A stretch of DNA of 64,000 bases from a virus. Below are positions 50,750-61,035 of the stretch, piece after piece (position 1 is the first letter of the stretch; every line of letters begins with the position of its first letter). Under the pieces are notes generated by a model. That model made no database searches and was not told where the DNA came from. It saw only the letters and a program-made list of their open reading frames with translations. The stretch covers positions 5,481 to 69,480 of IMG/VR virus record IMGVR_UViG_3300017917_002953. One strand, 5' to 3'. The translations under genes and the position numbers were made by a program.

Positions 50750-52510
50750 ATGAAATTTTCAGAATATATTCTTGAGGGTAGAGTTGATGATTTTAAGTTA
50801 AAATTTGGAAAGAAGTTTTCACCTCAAAATTTAGAAAAAATAGTTAAAACAATTGCGCCAAAATATTTGAGTTGGGTTGGGAAATTTTTTGATGAAGTTG
50901 CGTTTGATACAAAATTTAAAGATTTGGTTGGTGCGTTAAAAAGATTTGAAACTATCTCAACAAATTTACCATTAACAGACATTAACCAATATAAATCGGT
51001 TGATGAACTAGTGAATGCCATTAGAACTTATGATAATCGTGTAAGACGAGATGTTAAAGAAGTTAAAGGAGGTAAAGTTGTTTATGATGACGGAAGATTC
51101 TTTGTTGTGAATCCTTTGAATTATGAGTCATCATGTTATTATGGTAAAGGAACCAAGTGGTGTACTGCAGCTGAAACGGATACTCATTTCAAGAGATACA
51201 ATGAAGATGGGAAATTATTTTACATGATTGACCGAACAAAACCAAGTAATGACCCTAATTATAAAGTTGCGTTATTAAAAAAATTCGATGGGGAAATGTC
51301 ATTTTTTGATGCAAAAGATGATAGAGTTGATTTTGAAGGAATCGTTGGTAAAGATAAATTTGATGAAATCATTGGTAATGTTGATAAGTTTTTACAAGAG
51401 GTATATCCTGAACAATTAAAGATTTTTGCGGATAAAATTGCCGCCAAGAAAGAAAAAGAAAGATTAGAACAATTAAGAATTCAACAAGAGTTAAGAGCGA
51501 AGTTGGATGATGCCCAAGACAGAAGAGAATCCGGAGAATGGGATGGTGATTTGGAAGATATAAGTGATGAGGGTGTTAGAGCTTATGCATTATTACAATG
51601 GTTGGATGAATATGATACTGATGTTAGAGTTAAACAACCGGGAGATGATGCTAAAATATTAGAGATTGAAACTGAGATTCAGAGATTGGATTCGGAATAT
51701 GATAATAGTGAAGACCCAAGACCTGAGTTATTGGATGAAATCTCAGAATTAGAAGAAGAACTTGAAGAATTAAAAAGTAGAATTGATGTGTATAACATTG
51801 TTCCTGATGGGTCTTATTATGATATGACCCAATTTGAAGTATTAGCTGATGGTTATAGAGATAAAAGATTCGCGGTTGGTGATGAAGAAGAGGTAAAATC
51901 AAGTGCATATGATTCGGTAGAAAACTTAATTGATGATATTGGATTTGAGGGGTTTGGTGAATCATTCTTAGAAGATTATATTGATAAAGATATAGTTAAA
52001 CAATACGCCCATGATTTTTATTATGATGATGTTTATGAATCACCGGATGCTTATTTTGAAGACAACCAAAGAGAATTATCGGATACTCAAGAGGAAGAGA
52101 TTAGAATTAAAGAAAGGTCGATAGGTAAAATACAATCACAAATAGATTCATTAGAGGAACGAATGAATGGTAATTATGATGAAGATATTTCAGAAAAAAT
52201 TGATGAACTTAGGGGGATGATTGATGAATTAGAAACTGAAATTGAAGATATAAAAGAAGACCCACAAGGAGATTTCCCGGATGAGTTAATGGAATCAAAA
52301 ATTGATGAATTAGTTGATGATGTATTATATGACCCAAAAGATTGGCTTCAAAGTTATGGTTTTGAATTAAAAAATTTTATTAACCAAGAGGATTTTATAT
52401 GGGGGGTAATCGATGCTGATGGTTATGGACACACACTTAATCGATGGGATGGTTCCGATGATGAAGTGAAGGTGGGAAACACATGGTTTCATGTAATGAG
52501 AATTGACTAA
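50750..52510 (+). CDS. T[RK]WCT-family protein with an acidic coiled-coil C-terminus
   Basis: TDINQY...SSCYYGKGTKWCTAA. Confidence 0.75.
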   Translation: MKFSEYILEGRVDDFKLKFGKKFSPQNLEKIVKTIAPKYLSWVGKFFDEVAFDTKFKDLVGALKRFETISTNLPLTDINQYKSVDELVNAIRTYDNRVRRDVKEVKGGKVVYDDGRFFVVNPLNYESSCYYGKGTKWCTAAETDTHFKRYNEDGKLFYMIDRTKPSNDPNYKVALLKKFDGEMSFFDAKDDRVDFEGIVGKDKFDEIIGNVDKFLQEVYPEQLKIFADKIAAKKEKERLEQLRIQQELRAKLDDAQDRRESGEWDGDLEDISDEGVRAYALLQWLDEYDTDVRVKQPGDDAKILEIETEIQRLDSEYDNSEDPRPELLDEISELEEELEELKSRIDVYNIVPDGSYYDMTQFEVLADGYRDKRFAVGDEEEVKSSAYDSVENLIDDIGFEGFGESFLEDYIDKDIVKQYAHDFYYDDVYESPDAYFEDNQRELSDTQEEEIRIKERSIGKIQSQIDSLEERMNGNYDEDISEKIDELRGMIDELETEIEDIKEDPQGDFPDELMESKIDELVDDVLYDPKDWLQSYGFELKNFINQEDFIWGVIDADGYGHTLNRWDGSDDEVKVGNTWFHVMRID

Positions 52511-52537
52511 TTTTCTTTTATTCATATTATTATTTTT

Positions 52538-53317
52538 ATGGGTAGAAAAAAGAAAATATCATTCAAATTGAATCCGGAATGGATGTTGAAAGAGCCATTG
52601 GATTTCGAATACAACAAGTATACTTTGTTAGATTATATACAAAAATGCGAAAAAGGTTTTGATAAATTGGAGATTTATCCCGATTTTGTTGAAATTTCTT
52701 TGCATTTAGCCAATTTACAATCGTTAATTAAAGAAAATACTTTATTATTGACCAACAAGAAATTTGAATCTTGTGATGATGAGATATTGGTTAAAGAATT
52801 AACACCAAAAAAACCAAGAGAATTAACTCAAGAGGAAGAACTTGAGTTAATTAAAACTTTAAAATATTCAAATACTAAATTATTTGATACTTTCAATGTG
52901 GCCAAATCAATATGGAATTTGGCTTATGATAATATTGAAATCTTTATTAAAAAAAATAGAAAAGGAATTGTTGCCGGAAGTGGTTATGTTTATTTCTATG
53001 ACAAGTCAATTGAAAAGTTATTTGTTTGGGAATATGAAATTAAAAAACCAAGAGGTGACAAAAATAATCACAAAACTTATTTAACTTTAATTTTTGAGGG
53101 AGAGTTCAAAAAATTCTCAATCCCGGAAATTATTGACCAAAATTCAAATTGGAACGAAACTGATTACTACAAACAACTTCCAATTTTTGAGGCTCAATCT
53201 TCGCAAAACTTCCCAATGGACGCAACATTGGTCCCAATTATCAAAAGAAAAATAATGACATATATTTTTCAAATTGTTAATACTCAGAAGATAAATAATT
53301 TTGACTTTGAGGAATAA
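52538..53317 (+). CDS. Hypothetical protein
   Basis: ORF; PLDFEYNKYTLLDY. Confidence 0.65.
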   Translation: MGRKKKISFKLNPEWMLKEPLDFEYNKYTLLDYIQKCEKGFDKLEIYPDFVEISLHLANLQSLIKENTLLLTNKKFESCDDEILVKELTPKKPRELTQEEELELIKTLKYSNTKLFDTFNVAKSIWNLAYDNIEIFIKKNRKGIVAGSGYVYFYDKSIEKLFVWEYEIKKPRGDKNNHKTYLTLIFEGEFKKFSIPEIIDQNSNWNETDYYKQLPIFEAQSSQNFPMDATLVPIIKRKIMTYIFQIVNTQKINNFDFEE

Positions 53318-53335
53318 TATGTTTATTATTGATAT

Positions 53336-53551
53336 GTGGGTTTTAATAAGAGATACATATCAAAAAAACAATCATTAACCGCTCTTGAAAATAATAACCT
53401 TGTTGGTTATTATGGTCGTGCGGATATGTTAATATTTGAAGATGACATTAGTGAATTGGTTTATGATTTATATCTTTCAGGAAAAACCGAACATGAAATA
53501 TTAACCCAAATAAATTTTAACACGGAGGAAAAAAACGATGAAGTGTATTAA
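53336..53551 (+). CDS. Hypothetical protein
   Basis: ORF in operon. Confidence 0.5.
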   Translation: MGFNKRYISKKQSLTALENNNLVGYYGRADMLIFEDDISELVYDLYLSGKTEHEILTQINFNTEEKNDEVY

Positions 53552-53753
53552 AAGAACAAAAGGAGAAAGCGTAATCATTCGAGTGGATGATAAAGATGCT
53601 GAGACAAAAGTAAGTACTGGTACTTGGGCTTATTGTCCAAAAAGCGAGTGGAAAGAATTAACAAGAAGAGCAAAACCTGTTTCAAAAAAAGAAGTTGAAG
53701 AAGGTGATGAGGATAAACCAATTACCAAGAGAGGTAAGAATAGTAATAAGTAA
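53538..53753 (+). CDS. Hypothetical protein
   Basis: WAYCPKSEWK. Confidence 0.55.
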   Translation: MKCIKRTKGESVIIRVDDKDAETKVSTGTWAYCPKSEWKELTRRAKPVSKKEVEEGDEDKPITKRGKNSNK

Positions 53754-53758
53754 TTCTT

Positions 53759-53977
53759 ATGCAAAAGGAGATGGTGAATAATCCTGACCATTACGGAGGT
53801 GCTTCGAATCCATATGAGGCAATCAAGGTAATTGAGGCTTGGGATTTGGATTTTCATTTGGGTAATACTGTAAAGTATATTTCAAGAGCCGGTAAGAAAG
53901 AATCGGATAAAGAACTTCAAGACCTTAAAAAGGCGTTGTGGTATTTGCAAAGAAAAATAGATAATCTACAAAAATGA
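53759..53977 (+). CDS. DUF3310 family protein
   Basis: VNNPDHY...FHLGNTVKYISRAGKK...DLKKALWYL. Confidence 0.8.
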   Translation: MQKEMVNNPDHYGGASNPYEAIKVIEAWDLDFHLGNTVKYISRAGKKESDKELQDLKKALWYLQRKIDNLQK

Positions 53978-54420
53978 TTTATTACTTAATCGGACAACCT
54001 CATGCTGGTAAGACCACATTGTCCAAATTATTAAAAGAACACTTGTTCCCTCAAAATGTTGTTCAGATTGACGGGGATGACCTTAGGGATATTTTTCAAA
54101 ATAAAGATTATTCTGAGGAAGGAAGACGAAATAATATCAGACGGGCTCAAGATATTGCCATGTTCCTTAATGCTAAGGGTATTGAGGTTATTATGTCATT
54201 AGTTTCACCTTATAAAGATTTAAGGGATGAGTTAAAACAAAAAAGTAATGTGATTGAAATATATCTTCATACTGATGACATACGAGGACGAGAGGAATTC
54301 CATGTAGAAAATTATGAAAAACCTACCGAAGATTTTATTGATTTAGATACTACAGGAGTTTCAGAATTAAAATCTATAGGTGAATTAATAAATAAAATTG
54401 GTGAATATGGAAAAAAATAA
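53974..54420 (+). CDS. cysC: Adenylyl-sulfate kinase-like protein
   Basis: GQPHAGKTT, DGDDLR, R..NIRRA, SLVSPY, YEKP. Confidence 0.75.
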   Translation: MIYYLIGQPHAGKTTLSKLLKEHLFPQNVVQIDGDDLRDIFQNKDYSEEGRRNNIRRAQDIAMFLNAKGIEVIMSLVSPYKDLRDELKQKSNVIEIYLHTDDIRGREEFHVENYEKPTEDFIDLDTTGVSELKSIGELINKIGEYGKK

Positions 54421-54616
54421 CGAAACTCCGGAAATACAATTCTATCTCGCATATTATATGGATAATGGGGAGGTTGATGAGAATGGTAATATGGACATAC
54501 AACTGAAAACAGCGGTTGTACCGATTAAACTTAAAGAAAAATTCTTAGAAACATTTAAAGATAATCCAACTCCAAGTAAGAAAGAAATTTTTAAATTTTT
54601 GGATAGTCATGAATAA
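54407..54616 (+). CDS. Hypothetical protein
   Basis: ORF in operon; start moved to MEKNNE. Confidence 0.5.
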   Translation: MEKNNETPEIQFYLAYYMDNGEVDENGNMDIQLKTAVVPIKLKEKFLETFKDNPTPSKKEIFKFLDSHE

Positions 54617-55019
54617 TTGGGAAAGAAAGACACATGTTCAAGCAGCATTTGCATCATCCTCTTCAAGTAAAAAATATTCTATGTTTGTGGGAAGGTGGCA
54701 ACCATGGCACCATGGGCATAGAGCTCTAATTGACCAACAACTTAATAGAGGTAAGAATGTTTTACTTTGTGTTAGAGATGTTGAGATTGATGAGAAGAAT
54801 CCATTTTCAACGGAATGGGTTGTTGAGAATTTGAATAACGAATTGAAAGATTTGATTGATGAAGGTCGACTAGTGATTCAAGTTATTCCGGATATTGAAA
54901 GTATCAATATTGGTAGAGGAGTTGGGTATGATGTTATTGAACATTTACCTCCTGATGAAATTAAAAACATATCTGCGACCAAAATTAGGGAACAGATGAA
55001 ACAAGAAGGTAAGTTATGA
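54609..55019 (+). CDS. HxGH nucleotidyltransferase (cytidylyltransferase-like)
   Basis: FVGRWQPWHHGH; ISATKIR. Confidence 0.8.
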   Translation: MNNWERKTHVQAAFASSSSSKKYSMFVGRWQPWHHGHRALIDQQLNRGKNVLLCVRDVEIDEKNPFSTEWVVENLNNELKDLIDEGRLVIQVIPDIESINIGRGVGYDVIEHLPPDEIKNISATKIREQMKQEGKL

Positions 55020-55315
55020 AATTTAAAGTAGATATTGACCAATACGCGGAAGGTGCCGTTCTATTGGACGGATTAGAAAGTGCAATCGTTGGGATTGTGG
55101 AGGAGTTTGGAAACGGAAATCGAATTTTATATTCCAAACAAAAGATACTCAACATTCTCCAAGAAAGAGATTTGATGACACAGGGTGAAGCCGAAGAGTT
55201 TTATGATTATAATATACTTGGATTACATGGTGGTGAACAAAATGCGGTGTTCCTTGATTTGGAAATTACACCAATAAAAAAAGAAGATGGTTGGGAATAC
55301 CAATTAAAAGATTAA
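55016..55315 (+). CDS. Hypothetical phage-type protein
   Basis: LDGLESAIVG...EAEEFYDYNILG. Confidence 0.6.
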   Translation: MKFKVDIDQYAEGAVLLDGLESAIVGIVEEFGNGNRILYSKQKILNILQERDLMTQGEAEEFYDYNILGLHGGEQNAVFLDLEITPIKKEDGWEYQLKD

Positions 55316-55366
55316 AAAAAATAATAATTTATTATGACTTCTCCTAACTATTAGATATTTATTAGT

Positions 55367-56164
55367 ATGGAGAAGTTATTATTAAATGAAACTGATGTTG
55401 TGAATCAGTATAATAGATTAAAAAACATACATAAAGTTGCGAAATATTTTAATGTATCAATATCACCAATTACTAGAATTCTAAAATCAAATGGTTTTGA
55501 TTTAACCAATCGAAGATACGATGTTAATCATAATTATTTTGATGTGATAGATACTGAAGAGAAGGCGTATTGGTTAGGTTTTTTATTTGCTGATGGTTAT
55601 ATTAGAGAAAGAAAATCGGGTAATTCTCTTGAAATTAAATTATCTATTAAAGATAGACATCATTTAGAAAAGTTCCGTAATTCAATAGGGTCAAATCATA
55701 ATATAGTTGATGGTTTTAATAGGGTGAAATACAAGGATGGTGTATCAAGTTCACATATGTCGACTTTGGCGATTTATTCCAAACAATTAGTTGAGTCAAT
55801 TAAAAATCAAGGAATTCATTCAAGAAAAACATTTACAATTGAAAAACCTAATATTGGTAATGATTTAATTCATCATTTTATTCGAGGATATTTTGATGGT
55901 GATGGTACTGTTAGGTTTGTTGAAAAAAAATTAAATGGGACGGGTATTGCTTGTGCTTCTGAAAAGTTTAGAGAATTTATAATCAATGAATTATTTGATA
56001 ATGGTATTACTATTAAACATTATGGGGATATTCATTTACATATTCAAAATAAAGTAGAAAATAATAAATTTTATAATTACATTTACAACAACGCAACGAT
56101 TTATTTAGAAAGAAAAAAAGAAATATATGAAAGATTTAGAGAATATTATAAATACAATAATTAA
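55367..56164 (+). CDS. Free-standing LAGLIDADG homing endonuclease
   Basis: YWLGFLFADG and FIRGYFDGDG; N-terminal HTH-like segment. Confidence 0.85.
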   Translation: MEKLLLNETDVVNQYNRLKNIHKVAKYFNVSISPITRILKSNGFDLTNRRYDVNHNYFDVIDTEEKAYWLGFLFADGYIRERKSGNSLEIKLSIKDRHHLEKFRNSIGSNHNIVDGFNRVKYKDGVSSSHMSTLAIYSKQLVESIKNQGIHSRKTFTIEKPNIGNDLIHHFIRGYFDGDGTVRFVEKKLNGTGIACASEKFREFIINELFDNGITIKHYGDIHLHIQNKVENNKFYNYIYNNATIYLERKKEIYERFREYYKYNN

Positions 56165-56990
56165 TGGTGACTGTGTTGAAGTGATGAAAACCTTACCGGA
56201 AGGATGTATTGATTTAATTTGTTGTAGTCCCCCATACAATGCCAGCATCAAATATGATGTATATGACGATGGATTATCTATGGACGAGTATTGGAAATTC
56301 ACTATTGATTGGTTAAGTCAGGTATTCAGAGTGTTGAAGGATGATGGTAGGGTTGCAATAAATGTTCCAATTGAAATGAATGTTCAAGATAGAGGTGGTA
56401 GAATCTTATTCAATGCCGAATTTTGGATGAAGATGAAAGAAGTTGGTTTTCAGTTTTTCGGAATGGTTGATTTAACTGAAGATAGTCCACACAGGGTAAG
56501 ACAAACCGCTTGGGGTTCTTGGATGAGTGCTAGTTCACCATACATATATAATCCAAAAGAGTGTGTAATATTGGCTTACAAGAAGGATAAGAAGAAACTT
56601 TTAAAAGGAGAATCACAATGGATGGGAGAGACAATTCAAGTAGAACAAGAAGATGGTTTATTTAAGAACAAGACCATGTACAAGGAAGAAGATAAGAAAG
56701 AATTTATGAATTTGGTATTTGGAAGATGGGAATATTTTGCCGATACAAAATCATTAACTAAAGCCACATTCTCAATGGACATTCCAACCAAGGCAATAAA
56801 GATTCTTACTTATAAAAACGATATTGTTTTAGACCCATTCATGGGAAGTGGAACCACAGCGGTTGCCGCGGAAACCTTGGGAAGAAGATGGTTGGGAATT
56901 GAATTATCTCCAAACTATACCGAGATTGCGAGAAATCGAGTTAATCAATTTATTGAAGAAAGAAAACAACTAAAATTGGAAATTGAATAG
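56127..56990 (+). CDS. Beta-class DNA methyltransferase (likely N4-cytosine)
   Basis: SPPY precedes DPFMGSGTT. Confidence 0.85.
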   Translation: MKDLENIINTIINGDCVEVMKTLPEGCIDLICCSPPYNASIKYDVYDDGLSMDEYWKFTIDWLSQVFRVLKDDGRVAINVPIEMNVQDRGGRILFNAEFWMKMKEVGFQFFGMVDLTEDSPHRVRQTAWGSWMSASSPYIYNPKECVILAYKKDKKKLLKGESQWMGETIQVEQEDGLFKNKTMYKEEDKKEFMNLVFGRWEYFADTKSLTKATFSMDIPTKAIKILTYKNDIVLDPFMGSGTTAVAAETLGRRWLGIELSPNYTEIARNRVNQFIEERKQLKLEIE

Positions 56991-57016
56991 AAAAGGGCAT
57001 TATAACCCTTTTTTTT
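56991..57016 (+). terminator. Intrinsic terminator
   Basis: AAAAGGG-CATTATAA-CCCTTTT followed by a T tract. Confidence 0.55.
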
Positions 57017-57049
57017 ATTTATAATGATATTTATAGATAAAATACAAAA

Positions 57050-57421
57050 ATGAAAGAAGAATTAATCTTAAAACTAGTACAAATCCAAGTTCAATTTAAG
57101 TTTATGCATTGGCAAACAACAGGTGATGCTAAACACAGAGCTTATGGTGATATATATGATACTTTAGGTGATTTAATTGATAATTTCGCAGAATCAATGA
57201 TGGGTAAATATGGTAGAATAGAATTTGAACCGGAGTTTTCCATTATGTTCCAAGACCTAAAATCTTTAAGTTTACAAAATTTTATTGATGGTATTACCGA
57301 GTTTTTAGTTTCGATGACTGAACAACTTGATACAAAATACGACACCGATTTATTAAACTTAAGAGATGAGATGTTGGCATCAATAAACAAATTAAAATAC
57401 TTACTAACCCTTAAATATTAA
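57050..57421 (+). CDS. Ferritin/Dps-like protein (DUF5856-like)
   Basis: HWQT..DAKHRAYG..YD...LIDNFAE..MGKYG. Confidence 0.7.
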   Translation: MKEELILKLVQIQVQFKFMHWQTTGDAKHRAYGDIYDTLGDLIDNFAESMMGKYGRIEFEPEFSIMFQDLKSLSLQNFIDGITEFLVSMTEQLDTKYDTDLLNLRDEMLASINKLKYLLTLKY

Positions 57422-57422
57422 G

Positions 57423-57770
57423 ATGAAAAAAGTAATTAAACTTACAGAATCAGATTTACAAAATATTGTAAATAGAGTACTTCAAGAACAAATGAATACT
57501 TTAGAGCCAATTGACTCTCAATTAAAAAAAATCAAACCTGCAAAAGGTGGAAAATATTGTTTTGGTAAAAACAAATTACAAGAATTAAAGAGAGATATTG
57601 GTGACCGTAATTTAAAATTACATTTAATAAAACCTGGTGATACATTATCTGAATTGGAAAATTCTGCAGTTGATGCAAGAAATATTATTTTAGATAATAA
57701 ATTTTGTGATTTAGGAAAAGTTTTAAGAGCAGGAGATGTAATCATTTACAGTGTCCTTCCTTCAATGTAA
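57423..57770 (+). CDS. LysM-like protein with an N-terminal KLTESDL leader
   Basis: HLIKPGDTLSEL...LRAGDVI. Confidence 0.6.
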   Translation: MKKVIKLTESDLQNIVNRVLQEQMNTLEPIDSQLKKIKPAKGGKYCFGKNKLQELKRDIGDRNLKLHLIKPGDTLSELENSAVDARNIILDNKFCDLGKVLRAGDVIIYSVLPSM

Positions 57771-57771
57771 T

Positions 57772-59178
57772 ATGAAAAAACTAATAAAAGAATCGGGTAT
57801 TAGGGATATAAAAAAATTATCCCAACGATACCCAAAAGCCGAAATTTATTTCCATCAAGATTTGGATGGGGTGACAACCGCTATTGCTATGAAGAAATAT
57901 CTTGAGAGTAATGGTATTGATGTGGTTGGTGCTCATGTTATTCAATATGGGGATAAAGAATTCTCTGTGAAGAAGAATGATGCTCAAGGGGATACAATGC
58001 CTGTCTTGGTTGATTTTGCTCACGGAAAACCAATGTTTGTTATTCATACGGACCATCATGATAGACAAGCCGGAGCTGAAGACACAAAATCAACTTCATT
58101 CAGACAATCTCGTTCAAATGTTGAAACCATATCTCAAATAGTTTCACCAAAAGAGTTGTTTCCATCTTCGGACATTTTATTAATTTCTACTGTTGACTCT
58201 GCTGACTTTGCTAAATATGATATAACTGCCGATGAAGTGGTTAATTATTTATTTAGATTCGATAAAGAACAATCATTACAACGAAATAAAATGTTATTGG
58301 GTCTTGTAATAAACAAACTCATATTGGCGTTTAAAAACAAACCCGGATTTCTTGAAGGGTTGGTGATGGATTCAGAGCCATCATTAATGTCCATTCTTAC
58401 AAACATTAAAGAATGGATGAAAAAAACAAATTCGGTTAAACCGGAACTATTACAAAAAAATGCTGAAGAATATAAAACATCGATGCAAGGATTTCCAAAT
58501 GTCGGCGACAACATTATCTTCCAATATGGTGGGGGTAGCATGTTCAAGCCTGGGTCTTATGATAGATACACCCCATTTAGAAATAATCCTGAAGCAGATT
58601 TTCTTATCATGGCGTGGCCATTGGGTCTTGTTCAGGCATCTTGTAACCCATTCAAGAAAGAAAGAGAACTTAAAGGAGTTAATTTGGGTGAAATTGCCCA
58701 AGAGGTGTTATCGAAATGGGAAGACCAATTAAAATCAAAAGATATTCCATTATCAACCATTAAATGGGTGAGTGAGACGGCGGTTGGTCCTGAGAGTGTT
58801 GGATTTACATTCAAGGATTTTAAAGCGTTATATGGTGATAAATTCAAATCGGTTGAGAATGGTGAAAAAGCGTTGAGACATATTCAACAAATGATGGAGG
58901 TTCCTTTTTCTGAGTTAAGTGAGGAACATAGACAGATGTTAGATAAGATTACCATCAATGCTTGGGACTTGATTCAATCCAATTCAGGTGGACATAAATG
59001 TATTACAAACATTTCAGGGTTGAATTACCTTGGAAGAAATACAAGACCTCCACAAGGTGGAAAAAGATTTGGTGACCCATCGGAGGATTCTCCAACGGTT
59101 AAGTTCACAAAAATGATTGCAACAAGGTTTAGAAATATATTAAAAGATAAGATTGATAATTCGAAAGAGTTAGAATAA
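57772..59178 (+). CDS. DHH-family phosphoesterase
   Basis: FHQDLDG, LVDF, TDHH, SGGH. Confidence 0.75.
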   Translation: MKKLIKESGIRDIKKLSQRYPKAEIYFHQDLDGVTTAIAMKKYLESNGIDVVGAHVIQYGDKEFSVKKNDAQGDTMPVLVDFAHGKPMFVIHTDHHDRQAGAEDTKSTSFRQSRSNVETISQIVSPKELFPSSDILLISTVDSADFAKYDITADEVVNYLFRFDKEQSLQRNKMLLGLVINKLILAFKNKPGFLEGLVMDSEPSLMSILTNIKEWMKKTNSVKPELLQKNAEEYKTSMQGFPNVGDNIIFQYGGGSMFKPGSYDRYTPFRNNPEADFLIMAWPLGLVQASCNPFKKERELKGVNLGEIAQEVLSKWEDQLKSKDIPLSTIKWVSETAVGPESVGFTFKDFKALYGDKFKSVENGEKALRHIQQMMEVPFSELSEEHRQMLDKITINAWDLIQSNSGGHKCITNISGLNYLGRNTRPPQGGKRFGDPSEDSPTVKFTKMIATRFRNILKDKIDNSKELE

Positions 59179-59517
59179 ATATTCAATTACATCACCCGGT
59201 TCGATGTTAAGGTATTCACAAGTACCTCCTTCAAGTTCCAATACAATATTTCCATTCCCGCAATAACTTGGACATTCATTACCTTGACAAGGTGGACAAT
59301 TGTGGTGGATGTTTACAATTACATTATTTTTAATAATAATTATATCAAGGTTAGTGATACAATTTTTCATCCAAAAACATTGTTTACTACCTCCCATAAG
59401 GAATAATAAACCTTCGAAAGTGTCGTCAAAAGTTTTTCCCATCATACCAATTGCTTGGGACCTCTTATCAGTAAGAGTTTTGACTTTAAAGATATTTTGA
59501 TTAATTTTTACATTCAT
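59170..59517 (-). CDS. DUF192 family protein
   Basis: GMMG...GLLF...FWMKNC...LDIII...VLELEGG. Confidence 0.8.
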   Translation of the reverse strand: MNVKINQNIFKVKTLTDKRSQAIGMMGKTFDDTFEGLLFLMGGSKQCFWMKNCITNLDIIIIKNNVIVNIHHNCPPCQGNECPSYCGNGNIVLELEGGTCEYLNIEPGDVIEYLF

Positions 59518-59529
59518 ACTTATAAATAT

Positions 59530-59952
59530 ATGAAAATTAAAAGGTATTCAGGTGTTTTAGTAAAATGTGGTGATAAAGTTTTACTATGTAAGAGAAACTC
59601 TAAGGGTTTATATCCTGGTATGTGGTCATTGCCGGGTGGTCACCTTGAGAAGGGTGAATCTACCATGGACTGTGCGAAAAGAGAATTTTTCGAAGAGACC
59701 GACATCGATATTGATGATATGGATTTAACTTTTGTTGGTGTTGTTCCAAGAACTAGTAGAGATGGTAAAAAAATTAGGGGTATGATGTATGTTTATCAAT
59801 TGGATAGTGATACAGAACTTGAACCTGATTTTGAAAATGCGATGGACGGAGACGAACACACGGAATGGAGATATTTTACTCTCAATCAAATTAAACCGGA
59901 AAGAACCGGATTGAAACTCCACAAACTTATTACAAACGTAATGAGTAAATAA
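59530..59952 (+). CDS. NUDIX hydrolase
   Basis: PGGHLEKGESTMDCAKREFFEET (Nudix box). Confidence 0.88.
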   Translation: MKIKRYSGVLVKCGDKVLLCKRNSKGLYPGMWSLPGGHLEKGESTMDCAKREFFEETDIDIDDMDLTFVGVVPRTSRDGKKIRGMMYVYQLDSDTELEPDFENAMDGDEHTEWRYFTLNQIKPERTGLKLHKLITNVMSK

Positions 59953-60015
59953 TTTTTTATTTTTATTTGTTTATTAAAAAATATAGTTGTAATTTTACAC
60001 CAAAATTATGACGAT

Positions 60016-60966
60016 ATGAAAACTCTATTAAAAAGTATCTTTGGTGGTAATGAAACTACAACAATTGAACCACCTGTTAAATCAGAACAAGAATTAATTG
60101 AAGAAATTCACAATGAGTTTGATACTGCTCCTGAGAGAATCCTTCAACAAGCATTATCAATCATCAACGAACAACAAAATTCTAAAGTTTCATTGGAAAG
60201 TGAAATTGAGGATAAGGCGATTCGTTTGCAAAACTTGGGGTTTGTTAAAAATGGTTTGGTTAATAAGTTGGGTGAGATTCAAGAGAGAAATCGTCAAAAA
60301 GATTTAATTATCAATATGGAGATGAAGATGGCTGAAGGTATTCAATATTATGCACGAACTTATCCATTCCTTAAATTCTTACCGGTGAGTGAATTGGATA
60401 GAATTTGTGATAAGTATGGTTTAGTTTATGCTCCGGTTGGTCATTATAAGATGCCAGTTCCGGATAAAAATCTTAAAGAAATTGAGGATGCTCAACCATT
60501 GAAATCTATAGATGTTCAACCGGATATTGTGACCCGAACATATTATGATGATTCTATGACTAGAAATTGGGGTTATAAAAGAGTAAAACAAATTCTTGGT
60601 GGTAATAGTTTTACTGATGATGAAATCCGTGAATTGGCAAAAAAACATAATATTGAATTAAGATGGGATAGTACTAGAGACTTCTTTTGGCAGGCTGGTC
60701 TTAAGTTTTTATCGGAGAATGATAGACCTATTACCACAGAAGTGGTTAAGACAAGTTCTCGTCAAGGATTGTTCATTGCTGCACCAAAAGACCACTTTGA
60801 TTTAACCGGATTGGAATTTGATAAGAAAAAAGGTTATTTCCAAACAACCATTCAAGTTAAGAAAGACCCAATCGTATTTAGATATGTTAAGGGAGGTATT
60901 CAGGTTTTAACCAAATGGGGGTTGGAGGCTGATGACCCGGCATTACAAATGGAGATATTAAATTAA
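60016..60966 (+). CDS. Hypothetical protein
   Basis: 316-aa ORF. Confidence 0.7.
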   Translation: MKTLLKSIFGGNETTTIEPPVKSEQELIEEIHNEFDTAPERILQQALSIINEQQNSKVSLESEIEDKAIRLQNLGFVKNGLVNKLGEIQERNRQKDLIINMEMKMAEGIQYYARTYPFLKFLPVSELDRICDKYGLVYAPVGHYKMPVPDKNLKEIEDAQPLKSIDVQPDIVTRTYYDDSMTRNWGYKRVKQILGGNSFTDDEIRELAKKHNIELRWDSTRDFFWQAGLKFLSENDRPITTEVVKTSSRQGLFIAAPKDHFDLTGLEFDKKKGYFQTTIQVKKDPIVFRYVKGGIQVLTKWGLEADDPALQMEILN

Positions 60967-60983
60967 AATATTTCCATAAAAAG

Positions 60984-61014
60984 TTTGGTAGAAATTAAAA
61001 AAGTATTATCTTTG
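60984..61014 (+). promoter_or_regulatory. Bacteroidota housekeeping-sigma promoter heading the small-ORF/RNA region
   Basis: TTTG, 19-nt spacer, TATCTTTG. Confidence 0.7.
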
Positions 61015-61035
61015 TACTCACAAAATGGATAAATT

